A stretch of 64,000 nucleotides of DNA from Abditibacterium sp. (GTDB lineage: Bacteria > Armatimonadota > Abditibacteriia > Abditibacteriales > Abditibacteriaceae), in the NCBI GenBank assembly GCA_965199495.1, contig CBDASK010000003.1:1056001-1120000 (forward strand), read 5' to 3'. Under the pieces are notes generated by a model that was not told the origin of the DNA, made no database searches, and worked only from the letters and a program-made list of their open reading frames with translations. The position numbers were made by a program, and so were the translations under genes. The stretch's first letter is position 1. Each line of letters starts with the position of its first letter. This document shows, in pieces, positions 47,077-57,648 of the stretch.

Positions 47077-50000
47077 TTACGAACCTGCCGGAGTCGGTGC
47101 CGGTGGCTCTTCGGGCGTCGCCGCCTTCAAACCGACCGGTTCGCGGCCCGCGTAATCCGAAACTTTCACCGTCGCATCGCCCGGCTTCACTTCGGGTCGC
47201 GGGCGCGCGGCGCGTTTTTCGGTCGTGGGCGCCGCCGCTTTTTCCGGGTGCGGCACGGCTTTCCAGAAATTGGGCAGTTCGGCTTCCCAATTTTCGATCA
47301 GCGATTGCGGGTGCGCCGAACCGGTTTCATTGAGATGGCGCTCGATTAATTTCTTCAACGTCGCGGCGTCTTCGCTGCCCTGTTCGATGCGTTCGATGCC
47401 GATCATATCGGGGTTGTAGCGACGCTCGAAGGTTTGGCTCGCATCGTAAATGTAGGCCGTGCCGCCGCTCATGCCCGCGCCGAAGTTGCGACCGCAACTG
47501 CCCAAAACGACAATCGTGCCGCCGGTCATGTATTCGCAGCCGTGATCGCCGATGCCCTCGACAACAGCCACGCCGCCCGAATTGCGAACTGCGAAACGTT
47601 CGCCGCCCTGACCCGCCGCGAACAAAACGCCGCCCGTCGCGCCATACATCACCGTGTTGCCGACGATGACGTTTTTGCTCCAATTGAACTTGGCGTCATT
47701 TTGCGGCTTGACCACGATTTTGCCGCCGTGCATACATTTGCCGACGTAATCCAACGCTTCGCCGGTCAGATACAAGTTCAAACCGTTGATGCAAAACGCG
47801 CCGAAACTCTGGCCCGCCGTGCCGGTGAAGTTGAGCGTCATCGAGCCTTTTTGCAGACCTTTATCGCCGTAGTTATAGGCAATTTCGCCCGCGATGCGCC
47901 CGCCGACAGTGCGGTTGATGTTGGTAATTGGATAGTGCAACACCAAGTCCGAGCCGTGCGAAATCGCGTCGCGCCCGTCCTGCAAAATCGTGTCGTCGAG
48001 CGGCCACTCTTCGGGCCGGTCGTTTTTGCCCACGACCGAATAACGCGGCGAAGTGTCGCGCTCCTCGAACTGGAAGAACAGGCGCGACAAATCCACATCC
48101 GAAGTCTTGGGCAGTTCCATTTCCTCGTTTTGATAGAGCAAGTCCGAGCGCCCGATAATATCGGTCAGATAGCGCGCGCCCATCTGGGCCAGCAGTTCGC
48201 GGACTTCGTTGGCGATAAAAGTAAAGAAATTGACGACGTGATCGGCGTCGCCGGGGAATTTGGCGCGTAGGGTTTCGTCCTGCGTTGCCACGCCGACCGG
48301 ACACGTATTCAAGTGACACTGCCGCGCCATCACGCAACCGACCGACATCAGCGCCGCCGTGCCAAACCCGTATTCTTCGGCGCCCAAAAGCGCCGCAAAA
48401 ATCACGTCGCGCCCGGTTTTGTAGCCGCCATCCGAATGCAAACGCACGCGTCCGCGCAGGCCGTTTTGAATCAAAACCTGCTGCGTCTCGGCCAATCCCA
48501 ACTCCCACGAAACGCCGGTATTTTTGATACTTCCGGTCGGCGAAGCGCCGGTTCCGCCGTCGTGTCCGGCGATGACAATCGTATCGGCGTAGGCTTTGGC
48601 CACGCCCGCCGCGACGGTGCCGACGCCCGCCTGCGAAACCAATTTGACCGAAACGCGGGCGCGCGGATTGACCATTTTGAGATCGTAAATCAGTTGCGCC
48701 AAATCTTCGATGGAATAAATATCGTGGTGCGGCGGCGGCGAAATCAGCGTCACGCCCGGCACGCTGTGGCGAATAAACGCGATTTCGGCGTTGACCTTGA
48801 AGCCGGGCAATTGGCCGCCTTCGCCGGGTTTGGCGCCCTGCGCCATTTTGATTTGCAACTCTTTGGCGCTGGCCAGATATTCCGGCGTCAGGCCGAAGCG
48901 GCCCGATGCGATTTGCTTAATCGCCGAGTTGCGCCAGTCGTTGTTCTCGTCGCGCCGGAAGCGGCGCGGGTCTTCGCCGCCCTCGCCCGAATTCGATTTG
49001 CCGCCGATGCGGTTCATCGCAATCGCGAGTGTTTCGTGCGCCTCGCTACTCAGGCTGCCGTGCGACATCGCCGCGCTGCAAAAGCGCTTGAAAATCGCTT
49101 CAATCGGCTCGACTTCATCAATGGGAATCGGCTCGCCCAGTGTCTTATATTCGAGCAAGTCGCGCAAAACAATCGGCTTTTCGCGCTGATTAATCGCGGC
49201 GCTATAAATCTTGAACTGCTCTTCGTAGAGATTGTCGCGCACCGCCTTGTGGAACGGCTTGAACCAACTGGGAGTAAACGCGTGCAATTCGCCGTCTTTG
49301 CGAAAGCGCAGATAGGCGAAGTTTTCCAACTTCTCCTTGCCCGTGGCTGCTTCGTCATGGGGATAAGCCGTCTCGTGCAGACGCAAAACGTCGCGCGCGA
49401 TTTCCTCGAATCCGACGCCGTGAATGCGCGTCGGCGTCTTGCTGAAACATTCGTCCACCACGATTTTATTGACGCCCAACGCCTCGAAAACCTGCGCGCC
49501 ATGATACGAAGCGACCGTCGAAATGCCCATCTTCGACATGATTTTGAGCAAGCCGCTTTCGATGGCCTTTTTGAAGTTGCCGACGGCTTTAGCCACGGCG
49601 TCGGGGTCGGCCTCGCTCTGCGCGGTTTCGAGCGCCAGATACGGATTGACCGCCGCCGCGCCGTAACCGATCAAACAGGCGAAATGATGCGAATCGCGCG
49701 GCTCGCCGCTTTCGGCGATGATCGAGCAACGCGTGCGCAAGCCCGCGCGAATCAGATGATGGTGAACCGCGCCGACCGCGAGCAACGCCGGAATAGGCGC
49801 GGTGTCTTTGTTCACGCCCCGATCCGAAATAATCAGAATCGTGGCGCCCATGCGCACGGCGGCTTCAGCGTCCCGCTGCATCTGCTGAAGCGCCGCGAAC
49901 ATGCCGCGCTCGCCCTCGTGAACCGAAAATATCGAACGCACCGTCGCGGTTTTGAAGGTGTCACCCCATTTTTCGTCGCCCGCGCGCAATGCCGCCAACT

Positions 50001-51768
50001 GCTCGTTGAGCAAAAACGGCGAATCGAACTCGATGCGGCGGCAACCTTCGGGCGTGTTCGGCTCCCACAGATTCGCCAGTGGCCCGACGAACGAGTGCAG
50101 CGACATCACCAATTTCTCGCGCAGCGGATCAATCGGCGGGTTGGTAACCTGCGCGAATCGCTGGCGAAAATAGGTGTAAAGCAAGCGAGGCTTCTCGCTC
50201 AAAACGGCCAAAGGCGTATCGTCGCCCATCGAATACGTCGGTTCGGTTCCCGACTTCACCATCGGCGAAATCGAGTCGTTCACGTCTTCGGTGGTGAAGC
50301 CGAACGCTTTTTGCTGCGCGATCAAATCGTCGCCAAACGCGGGCGCCGTGCCCTCGACAATCGCGTCGGTTTTGCCGGAAATATCGGCGCCGTGAACCGT
50401 GTTGTTCTCGACCCATTCGCGATACGGTTGCGCCGTCGAAAGCCGCGCCTTGACTTCGTCGTTGCGCATCAGTTGGCCGGTTTTCAGGTCGAGCGCCAAA
50501 ATTTGGCCCGGCCCCAGACGGCCCTTCTCGATGACATTGGCGCCTTCGAGATCGATAATGCCGATTTCCGAGCCGACCAAAATTACGTTATCGTCCGAAA
50601 TTTGATAGCGAAACGGACGCAAACCGTTGCGATCCAGCAAGGCGCCAATAATATCGCCATCGGTAAACGAAAGCGCGGCGGGGCCATCCCACGGCTCCTG
50701 AATCGCGGCGTGATATTCGTAAAACGCGCGCAGGTCGTCATCCATGTCGGGCACCGAGCGGTAAGCGTCGGGCACCATCATCATCGCGGTTTCCAGAATG
50801 TCGCGGCCACTTCGCACCACGCTCTCAAACGCGTTATCCAAGGCCGCCGAATCGCTACCGCCGGGCTGAATAATCGGTAACAATTCTTCCAATTTTTCTT
50901 TGCTGCCCCAAATCTGCGCGTCCTGCGAACGCGAGCGCGCACGCACCCAGTTGGCGTTGCCCTGAACCGTGTTGATCTCGCCGTTGTGCGCCAGAGCGCG
51001 CATCGGTTGCGCCAAAAACCACGTCGGAAACGTATTGGTCGAGTAACGCTGGTGAAATAAGGCGATGGCCGATTCGTAATCGGGATTGCGCAAATCCTCG
51101 TAGAATTTCGAGAGCTGCGGCGCGATGACCAGACCTTTATAGGTAATGGTCTTCGACGAAAACGACGGAATATAAAAGCCAATAATTCCGGCGTGGGCGA
51201 CGCGCGCCTCGATGCGCTTGCGCAAAACGTAACAGGTGCGCTCGAACTCTTCGTCGCTCATGTCTTCGCCGCGCATGAGCAGTAATTGGCGGATTTCGGG
51301 GCACGATTCGGCGGCGATGGCGCCCAACGCGGCCATATCAACCGGCACTTCGCGGCGCGTCAACAGAAACAATTCGGAATCGCCGATAACTTCCTCGCAA
51401 ATCGCATAGGCCGCGTGGCGCGCAATCGGATCGCGTGGGCAAAACAGCATGGCGACCGCCAAATCTTCGGGCTTTTTGAGCAGTTTGCCCTGACCGCGCC
51501 CCAGCGATTTATGCAGCAATTTATGCGGAATCTGGGTTAATAAACCGGCGCCATCGCCGGTCTTGGAATCAGCAGCCACGGCGCCGCGATGCGTCAGGCA
51601 CGAGACGGCTTCCAGACCTTTGACGACGATGCGATGCGAAGGCGTGCCAGTTAAATCGGCGACAAAACCGATGCCGCACGAACTCGTTTCGTGCGACGGA
51701 TGCCACAGACCTTCATCGTTGAAGTCGGGAAGGCCAAGGGAAAGACCGGGAAATTCGGAGTGGGACAC
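47077..51768 (-). CDS. gltB: Glutamate synthase large subunit
   Basis: CGIGF Ntn start, HQRYSTNT, EPWDGPA, QGAKPGEGGQL, CVMARQCHLNTC 3Fe-4S motif, GXGXG C-domain. Confidence 0.98.
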   Translation of the reverse strand: MSHSEFPGLSLGLPDFNDEGLWHPSHETSSCGIGFVADLTGTPSHRIVVKGLEAVSCLTHRGAVAADSKTGDGAGLLTQIPHKLLHKSLGRGQGKLLKKPEDLAVAMLFCPRDPIARHAAYAICEEVIGDSELFLLTRREVPVDMAALGAIAAESCPEIRQLLLMRGEDMSDEEFERTCYVLRKRIEARVAHAGIIGFYIPSFSSKTITYKGLVIAPQLSKFYEDLRNPDYESAIALFHQRYSTNTFPTWFLAQPMRALAHNGEINTVQGNANWVRARSRSQDAQIWGSKEKLEELLPIIQPGGSDSAALDNAFESVVRSGRDILETAMMMVPDAYRSVPDMDDDLRAFYEYHAAIQEPWDGPAALSFTDGDIIGALLDRNGLRPFRYQISDDNVILVGSEIGIIDLEGANVIEKGRLGPGQILALDLKTGQLMRNDEVKARLSTAQPYREWVENNTVHGADISGKTDAIVEGTAPAFGDDLIAQQKAFGFTTEDVNDSISPMVKSGTEPTYSMGDDTPLAVLSEKPRLLYTYFRQRFAQVTNPPIDPLREKLVMSLHSFVGPLANLWEPNTPEGCRRIEFDSPFLLNEQLAALRAGDEKWGDTFKTATVRSIFSVHEGERGMFAALQQMQRDAEAAVRMGATILIISDRGVNKDTAPIPALLAVGAVHHHLIRAGLRTRCSIIAESGEPRDSHHFACLIGYGAAAVNPYLALETAQSEADPDAVAKAVGNFKKAIESGLLKIMSKMGISTVASYHGAQVFEALGVNKIVVDECFSKTPTRIHGVGFEEIARDVLRLHETAYPHDEAATGKEKLENFAYLRFRKDGELHAFTPSWFKPFHKAVRDNLYEEQFKIYSAAINQREKPIVLRDLLEYKTLGEPIPIDEVEPIEAIFKRFCSAAMSHGSLSSEAHETLAIAMNRIGGKSNSGEGGEDPRRFRRDENNDWRNSAIKQIASGRFGLTPEYLASAKELQIKMAQGAKPGEGGQLPGFKVNAEIAFIRHSVPGVTLISPPPHHDIYSIEDLAQLIYDLKMVNPRARVSVKLVSQAGVGTVAAGVAKAYADTIVIAGHDGGTGASPTGSIKNTGVSWELGLAETQQVLIQNGLRGRVRLHSDGGYKTGRDVIFAALLGAEEYGFGTAALMSVGCVMARQCHLNTCPVGVATQDETLRAKFPGDADHVVNFFTFIANEVRELLAQMGARYLTDIIGRSDLLYQNEEMELPKTSDVDLSRLFFQFEERDTSPRYSVVGKNDRPEEWPLDDTILQDGRDAISHGSDLVLHYPITNINRTVGGRIAGEIAYNYGDKGLQKGSMTLNFTGTAGQSFGAFCINGLNLYLTGEALDYVGKCMHGGKIVVKPQNDAKFNWSKNVIVGNTVMYGATGGVLFAAGQGGERFAVRNSGGVAVVEGIGDHGCEYMTGGTIVVLGSCGRNFGAGMSGGTAYIYDASQTFERRYNPDMIGIERIEQGSEDAATLKKLIERHLNETGSAHPQSLIENWEAELPNFWKAVPHPEKAAAPTTEKRAARPRPEVKPGDATVKVSDYAGREPVGLKAATPEEPPAPTPAGS

Positions 51769-52057
51769 AATAGGGAAAGAAGCCGATTCGCGAGGGAATC
51801 GGACGAAGAACTAACGGGATTTAAAGGCGCAGGCGCGCCCAAAGTGCGACAAGAGGGTTAAAGACGCGGCAGGATGAAATCAGCTTCACGCAAAGCGATA
51901 ACGCTGTTTCACCCGCGCGGTTTTCGCGGGCGCGCCCAAGCGAAATTAAAAGTGAGGCGCTGGCAGAGACAAGTCACGTCTTAATTGTAACCGACGCGGG
52001 CGCAATCGAGCAATTTGAAGTTGGTTATCGGTGGACTTCGCCCAGCGAATATTTCGG

Positions 52058-52507
52058 TTATGTTTCGCGTTTAAAATAGGTGAGTTCGTCGTCGGCTTCG
52101 TGGTAAAACACTTCGATTCGACAACTTCGTTGATTGCTGACATCCGCATTGGTGTGCAGCCATGTCCGCAGTTTGGGCAACGCTTCATCGTGCAAAAGTT
52201 GCGTTACGCGCGCGCGGATTTCGACGGGAATCGCGTAAACCGTAATCGTCCATCGCCCATGCCCTTCGTGCGGCCTGTGCGGCATAAACCGGTTGGCTTC
52301 CCAGAAGTGATACCAAACTTCCACGAGCGCAAACTGGGGCAACGCGCGCAGTTTCGTGGGCGTGTAACGGTTAGAAAACGAAATTTCCAATTCGTCCATC
52401 TGCGGCACATCGGAAAGCGCCTCCGAAACCGCTTTGGCTTTGAGCGGATAACTCAGCGATTGGGGAATTTTAGTTCTGGCGCGCGTTGGAAACATAACGA
52501 AATCCAT
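52058..52507 (-). CDS. Hypothetical protein
   Basis: 149-aa ORF co-oriented with neighbours; TAAAAT 6 nt upstream of the ATG. Confidence 0.65.
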   Translation of the reverse strand: MDFVMFPTRARTKIPQSLSYPLKAKAVSEALSDVPQMDELEISFSNRYTPTKLRALPQFALVEVWYHFWEANRFMPHRPHEGHGRWTITVYAIPVEIRARVTQLLHDEALPKLRTWLHTNADVSNQRSCRIEVFYHEADDELTYFKRET

Positions 52508-52534
52508 TGTCTGATTTTACGGGGCATTTGCCCA

Positions 52535-53674
52535 TCAATCCAAATCCCACACCAAAATCGCGTCGCCGCCGCGCACAAACAAGCGTTTGCCATCGGGCGC
52601 AAAGAGCAGACCGGGCGCCACGGTAAGATTCGTTTTTGCCTGACTGCCCAGCGAGCGCGTTAAGCGGATTGCCCCTGTTGCGCTATCGATCAGGAAAACG
52701 CGGCCCTGATAATATTGGTAAGCGGCTACCGTTCGGCCATCGGGCGAAAAAATGGCGTCGCAAACCGAAGCGTTGAAAACGTCCGTGCCACCCATCGCGG
52801 GCGCTTTGATTTGCCAGAGCAATTTTCCAGTCTGGATGTCGAAACAGCGCACCGGCGCGTAAGTGGAAAAATCGCTTTCTCCGAAAGTGTTGCTCACATT
52901 GCCAGACACGACCAGACGTTTGCCGTCGGGAGCGAATTTTACGCTGGCAACCGTATCGGCTTTGAAGCCTTGGCCACCCGGCAAGCGCCGCACGAGTTTT
53001 CCATTGTCGGCTCGATGAATTTCGATGCGATCTTTGATTTTGTGGTCTCCGATATGCGCCACTAATTTTCCATCGGGCGACCAAGAGATGTCTGCCGAAT
53101 AGGGCCGACCATTTTGCCACTGAGTTTTCACTTGCCCATTGCGGGCATCAACGATGCAAACAGCTTTGTCAACGGAAAGCGCAACAGCGCGTCCGTCCGG
53201 CGAAAACGCGGCTCCCGAAGCGTAGTGAGGAAATCGCCACAAAGTATTGCGCGTGGCTGCATCGTAGAGCGCCCACGTCTCGCCCTGGCGCGTGAAACCG
53301 ACTGTTCTTGCATCGGGCGAAAATGCCAGGGCGTAGATATCAAAACCGCCGAGAAATCCCGTTTTATCCCGTTTATAAACCGGAGCAATTGAAGGAAGTG
53401 CTGTGCCGATGCGAGCGTTCCACAGATAAACCGTTCCGCTCCCTTTGAGCCAGCCGCCTTTGCCATCACGCGAACCTGCTGCCGCCAAAATTTCACCGTT
53501 GTCCGACAAGGCCATCGAACGAATTGTGGTGTCGGAAGTCGTCGTCCAAACTTGCGGCAAGCCCAACGCGCCGCGCACGAGTTGCGGCCCCCACATCACA
53601 GCCACGGCGAAGAGGCCGACCAAAATTGGCGTCGCCCACAACCATTTTTCGCCGCGCGTCCACTTGCGTTTCAT
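52535..53674 (-). CDS. WD40-like beta-propeller membrane-anchored protein
   Basis: N-terminal TM helix; repeated FSPDG motifs; terminal VWD. Confidence 0.85.
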   Translation of the reverse strand: MKRKWTRGEKWLWATPILVGLFAVAVMWGPQLVRGALGLPQVWTTTSDTTIRSMALSDNGEILAAAGSRDGKGGWLKGSGTVYLWNARIGTALPSIAPVYKRDKTGFLGGFDIYALAFSPDARTVGFTRQGETWALYDAATRNTLWRFPHYASGAAFSPDGRAVALSVDKAVCIVDARNGQVKTQWQNGRPYSADISWSPDGKLVAHIGDHKIKDRIEIHRADNGKLVRRLPGGQGFKADTVASVKFAPDGKRLVVSGNVSNTFGESDFSTYAPVRCFDIQTGKLLWQIKAPAMGGTDVFNASVCDAIFSPDGRTVAAYQYYQGRVFLIDSATGAIRLTRSLGSQAKTNLTVAPGLLFAPDGKRLFVRGGDAILVWDLD

Positions 53675-53741
53675 GCGTTCTATTTAAACACAAATCGTCA
53701 TGAGTCGAGGAATATAACGAGCCACGGAGTAAACTAAAACT

Positions 53742-54356
53742 ATGCGCGAACCCGAATATTTTCAGCCCAGCATCAGCAAACAAGAATACTTCGCTCTCGA
53801 AGCCAAATCGGAAATCAAACACGAACTCTGGTGGGGCGAAATGGTGGCGATGGCAGGCGCTCATCCCGATCATGTCACGGTTGCAGCCAATGCCTTCCGC
53901 GCGCTTGATAGTCACCTGGCCGACACGCCCTGTCAGGCGGGCGTCAGCGATTTGCGGTTGGGCGTTGATGAAGCGCAAAACTACGTTTATCCCGATGTCA
54001 TCGTTTGGTGCGAAGACGCGCAATGGGATGAAACGACGCCGCTTCCGACGCTCTTGACGCCGCTTGTTATCGTCGAGATTTTGTCGCGCTCGACGCAACT
54101 GCGCGACCGGCGCGAGAAACTCAACGCGTATCGCGATTTGCCGTCGCTGCGCGATTATTTGATGATCGCGCCCGACGCCGTTTCGGTCGAACACTACGCG
54201 CGCGACGAAAACTCGGACGCCTGGATCAATCATCATTATACGCGGCGCGCGCAGATTGTGCGTTTGGCGGCGTTCGATTTGGAAATCGAAGTCGCACAGT
54301 TTTACCGGCGTTTGAACGTGCCCGAAGGTTTGCGCGCGATTGGACGCGGTGAATAG
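53742..54356 (+). CDS. Uma2 family endonuclease
   Basis: HELWWGEMVAMAG, YPDV, VEILSRST...DRREK. Confidence 0.92.
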   Translation: MREPEYFQPSISKQEYFALEAKSEIKHELWWGEMVAMAGAHPDHVTVAANAFRALDSHLADTPCQAGVSDLRLGVDEAQNYVYPDVIVWCEDAQWDETTPLPTLLTPLVIVEILSRSTQLRDRREKLNAYRDLPSLRDYLMIAPDAVSVEHYARDENSDAWINHHYTRRAQIVRLAAFDLEIEVAQFYRRLNVPEGLRAIGRGE

Positions 54357-54391
54357 TTGTCCCGAAATTTGCAGCATTTCAACTTCGACCC

Positions 54392-55456
54392 ATGAAACTT
54401 CCCCTCGCTTTTGCTTTGCTCGCGACCTGCGCGCCGATTTTTGCCGCGCACGCGCAACCCGAAATGACCGACGATGCGCCCGCCGTGGCTGCTAACGGCG
54501 CGATGCCAATGATGCCGCAAAATGTGCCCGCCGTGGATGCGTATCGCTGGAAATTTCAGCCGCCGCTTGGCTCGCGTTGGACGATGCGCACGTTTACGCG
54601 CACGCAACTCGAAGAGACGATTCCCGCGCTGGCGGGCGAACCGTCGCACAAAATGGAGATCGGCGGTTTCACGCGCATGGTCGCCGATTACGACGTGATC
54701 AACCGCGACGAGTTTGGCGCCAGCACGATTCGCGTGACCTATCGGCAATTGACGCTCGATAACAAAATCACCGTTGATGGCAAAGTCGTGGACGCGACAC
54801 CTTATAAACAGGGCGCGGTGCAGGGCGTGAATGGCGCTTCTTATACGATTAAACAGGCGCCCGATGGCAAAGTTTGGGGCATTGACGGATTGGACAAAGT
54901 GCAAGACCAAATTATCAAAGCCAGCACGGCGGCTGATCCAGCCACGCGCGCGGCGCTGGCCAAGTTGACGCACTCGCTGGCCTCGGCGGATGTGCTGCGC
55001 AAAACCATCAACGCCTCGACCGATAGCTGGCCCAAATATCCGGTTCGCGCGGGCGAAACTTGGACTTACGCTTTTAACGCGCCCTCCGATTTGCCGATGC
55101 AAATCAGCATGGAAAGCCATCGCACGCTCAAATCGCTCGATGCCGACATCGCTTCGGTAGGCGAAACCGCCAACTACGATCAGGGTTCGCTCAAACTCGA
55201 TTTGCCGATGGGTGGCGATGAGATGAGTGGCAACGCTCAAATGTCGCTCAAAGTGAACGATCTCAAAGGCACCATCAGTGGTTACACGCGTGTGCAGCGC
55301 AGTAGTGGAATCGCGTTGCAAACGTTGGTTAATCAGACGATGACCGGCGTTTTCCAGGTCAAAGTGCCCGCCGAGGCGGGCGGAGCGCCAATCAATGCGC
55401 GCGTGCCGGTGAAAGTTTCGGGCAACACCAATATCGTCATGGAGCCGCGCGGCTGA
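54392..55456 (+). CDS. Secreted protein (DUF6263-like)
   Basis: Signal peptide AHA-Q; PKYPVRAGETW motif; beta-rich. Confidence 0.7.
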   Translation: MKLPLAFALLATCAPIFAAHAQPEMTDDAPAVAANGAMPMMPQNVPAVDAYRWKFQPPLGSRWTMRTFTRTQLEETIPALAGEPSHKMEIGGFTRMVADYDVINRDEFGASTIRVTYRQLTLDNKITVDGKVVDATPYKQGAVQGVNGASYTIKQAPDGKVWGIDGLDKVQDQIIKASTAADPATRAALAKLTHSLASADVLRKTINASTDSWPKYPVRAGETWTYAFNAPSDLPMQISMESHRTLKSLDADIASVGETANYDQGSLKLDLPMGGDEMSGNAQMSLKVNDLKGTISGYTRVQRSSGIALQTLVNQTMTGVFQVKVPAEAGGAPINARVPVKVSGNTNIVMEPRG

Positions 55457-55493
55457 ATCCAGACAATATTAGGTTTGAATATCACTTTGTTCG

Positions 55494-55595
55494 CGCACTG
55501 GCTTTCTGCGGGGCGGACGCCCTCTTCCAATCGGCGTGCTTTCGAGGAAATTTGCCGATTGGAAGAGGGCGTCCGCCCCACAGAAAGTCAGTGCG
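55494..55595. repeat. REP family B inverted repeat
   Basis: CGCACTGGCTTTCTGCGGGGCGGACGCCCTCTTCCAATCGGC / GCCGATTGGAAGAGGGCGTCCGCCCCACAGAAAGTCAGTGCG. Confidence 0.88.
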
Positions 55596-55662
55596 TTTTG
55601 CATAAATGGCAAGACCAGATTTTTTATCTAATCCATTTGGATCAAAGCCAAAGTTTCGCGCG

Positions 55663-56694
55663 ATGTTAGCCATCACTTTACAGGAGCCGGGCCGCTTCGA
55701 GCGCGTGCAAAACCCGTTCGATGCGGGCGCCGTGGCTGCTTCGCACGCGCGGGTGCGCGTGCATCGTATCGGCGTGTGTGGCACCGACTGGCACGCGTTC
55801 GCCGGACGCCAACCGTTTTTTTCGTATCCGCGCATTTTGGGCCACGAACTGGGCGTCGAAGTCCTCGAAGTCGCGCCCGATTCGATTAACACGCGCGGCA
55901 TCAAAGTTGGCGACCGATGTTGCGTCGAGCCGTATCTCAATTGTGGGCATTGCATCGCCTGTCGGAGCGGCAAAACCAACTGTTGCGAAAACCTGCGGGT
56001 TCTGGGCGTTCACACCGACGGCGGTATGCGCGAAACGTTGGACGTGCCAATTGACAAACTGCACCGCGCCAATGATTTGAGTTTCGATCAACTGGCTTTG
56101 GTCGAAACGCTGTGCATCGGTGCGCACGCCGTGCAGCGCAGCCACGCCGAGGCGGGCGAAACCGTTTTGGTCGTTGGCGCCGGGCCGATTGGATTGGCGG
56201 TCACGCAGTTTCTGAGCGTCGCGGGCGCCAGGATTTTGGGGATGGACGTTAGCGACGAACGATTGGAATTTTGTCGCAACGTCGCCCCTATCGCGGGCAC
56301 GATTAACCCGAATCACGGCGATGCGACCGCGCAAATCCGCGCTTTGAACAACGGAGAACTGCCGACCTGCGTGATGGATGCGACCGGCCATGCGGCTTCG
56401 ATGGAGCGCGCGTTTGAATTGGCCGCGCACGGTGGCCGCATCGTTTTCGTCGGCCTGTTTTCCGGCGACGTAACCTTTAGTGATCCCAATTTTCACAAGC
56501 GCGAACTGACGCTGCTGAGCAGTCGCAACGCCACAGCGCCCGATTTCGAGCGCACGATAGAATTGATTCAAGCCGGACAAATTAACACGACGCCGTGGAT
56601 TACGCACCGCATGAAACTGGGCGAAGTCGCGCAATGTTTCGCCGCGATGCAGGGCGCGCCGGGTTTGGTTAAGGCGATGATCGAAAACGATTAG
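55663..56694 (+). CDS. Zinc-binding alcohol dehydrogenase (L-galactonate dehydrogenase YjjN-like)
   Basis: GVCGTD, GHE, CxxCxxC, GAGPIG, HKRELTLLSSRNA. Confidence 0.88.
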   Translation: MLAITLQEPGRFERVQNPFDAGAVAASHARVRVHRIGVCGTDWHAFAGRQPFFSYPRILGHELGVEVLEVAPDSINTRGIKVGDRCCVEPYLNCGHCIACRSGKTNCCENLRVLGVHTDGGMRETLDVPIDKLHRANDLSFDQLALVETLCIGAHAVQRSHAEAGETVLVVGAGPIGLAVTQFLSVAGARILGMDVSDERLEFCRNVAPIAGTINPNHGDATAQIRALNNGELPTCVMDATGHAASMERAFELAAHGGRIVFVGLFSGDVTFSDPNFHKRELTLLSSRNATAPDFERTIELIQAGQINTTPWITHRMKLGEVAQCFAAMQGAPGLVKAMIEND

Positions 56695-56709
56695 ACAAAT
56701 TTTTAAACC

Positions 56710-57648
56710 ATGCGAAAACGTCTCTTGGGCAAAACCGGCCTCGAAGTTTCGATTCTGGGTTATGGCGCTTCGGCGCTGGGCGGAGTTTTCGGCGCAATCA
56801 ACGAAAAGGACGGCGTCGCGACCGTTCACGCCGCGCTCGATGCGGGCATTAATTTGATTGACTGCGCGCCTTACTACGGCCAGACCACAGCCGAAACCGT
56901 GTTGGGCCGCGCGCTTTCGAGCGTGCCGCGCGATAGTTATTATCTCGCAACCAAAGTTGGCCGTTACGGCGACAACGATTTCGATTTCTCAGCCGGGCGC
57001 GTCACCCAAAGCGTGGACGAAAGTTTGAAGCGTTTGCAAGCTGAATATGTGGATATTGTTCAATGTCACGACATCGAGTTTGGCGATTTGAACCAAATTG
57101 TGGACGAGACGATTCCGGCGCTACGCCGCGTTGTCGAAAGCGGCAAAGCGCGCTTTATCGGCGTCACGGGTTTGCCGCTCCAAATTTTCACCGAAGTCGC
57201 CGCGCGGGTGCCACTCGACACGGTTTTAAGTTATTGTCGCTACACCTTAAACGACAGCTCGCTGGAAAGTATCCTGCCGTTTTTGCACGAGAAAAACATC
57301 GGCGTGATTGCGGCTTCGCCATTGGGCATGGGACTTTTAACCCAAGGCGGCCCGGCGCCGTGGCATCCGGCGCCGCCCGCAATCAAAAGCGCGTGCGCCC
57401 AAGCGGTGCGATGGTGCGAAAGTCGCGGCGTTTCGCTGGAAAAACTGGCGATTCAGTTCGCCGTTTCCAATCCGCGAATTGCCAGCACCTTAGTCGGCAC
57501 CGCCAGTCCGACGCAAATCGCGAACAACGCGCAATGGGCGCAGGAGTCGCCCGACGAAGAACTTTTGGCGGCGGTGCGGACGATTTTGGCACCGATTCGC
57601 AACCAAACGTGGCGCAGTGGCAAAACACAAAATAATGAAATTCATTGA
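56710..57648 (+). CDS. Aldo/keto reductase (L-galactose dehydrogenase-like)
   Basis: LGKTGLEVS, IDCAPYYG, TKVGRYG, CHDIEF. Confidence 0.88.
   Translation: MRKRLLGKTGLEVSILGYGASALGGVFGAINEKDGVATVHAALDAGINLIDCAPYYGQTTAETVLGRALSSVPRDSYYLATKVGRYGDNDFDFSAGRVTQSVDESLKRLQAEYVDIVQCHDIEFGDLNQIVDETIPALRRVVESGKARFIGVTGLPLQIFTEVAARVPLDTVLSYCRYTLNDSSLESILPFLHEKNIGVIAASPLGMGLLTQGGPAPWHPAPPAIKSACAQAVRWCESRGVSLEKLAIQFAVSNPRIASTLVGTASPTQIANNAQWAQESPDEELLAAVRTILAPIRNQTWRSGKTQNNEIH

Noticed and set aside
48313..50880. 855-aa plus-strand ORF
   Set aside because: Antisense to gltB; typical high-GC shadow ORF with no motifs
53742..54356. Uma2 endonuclease as part of a defence system
   Set aside because: Stand-alone member of a commonly expanded family, with no methylase or partner adjacent
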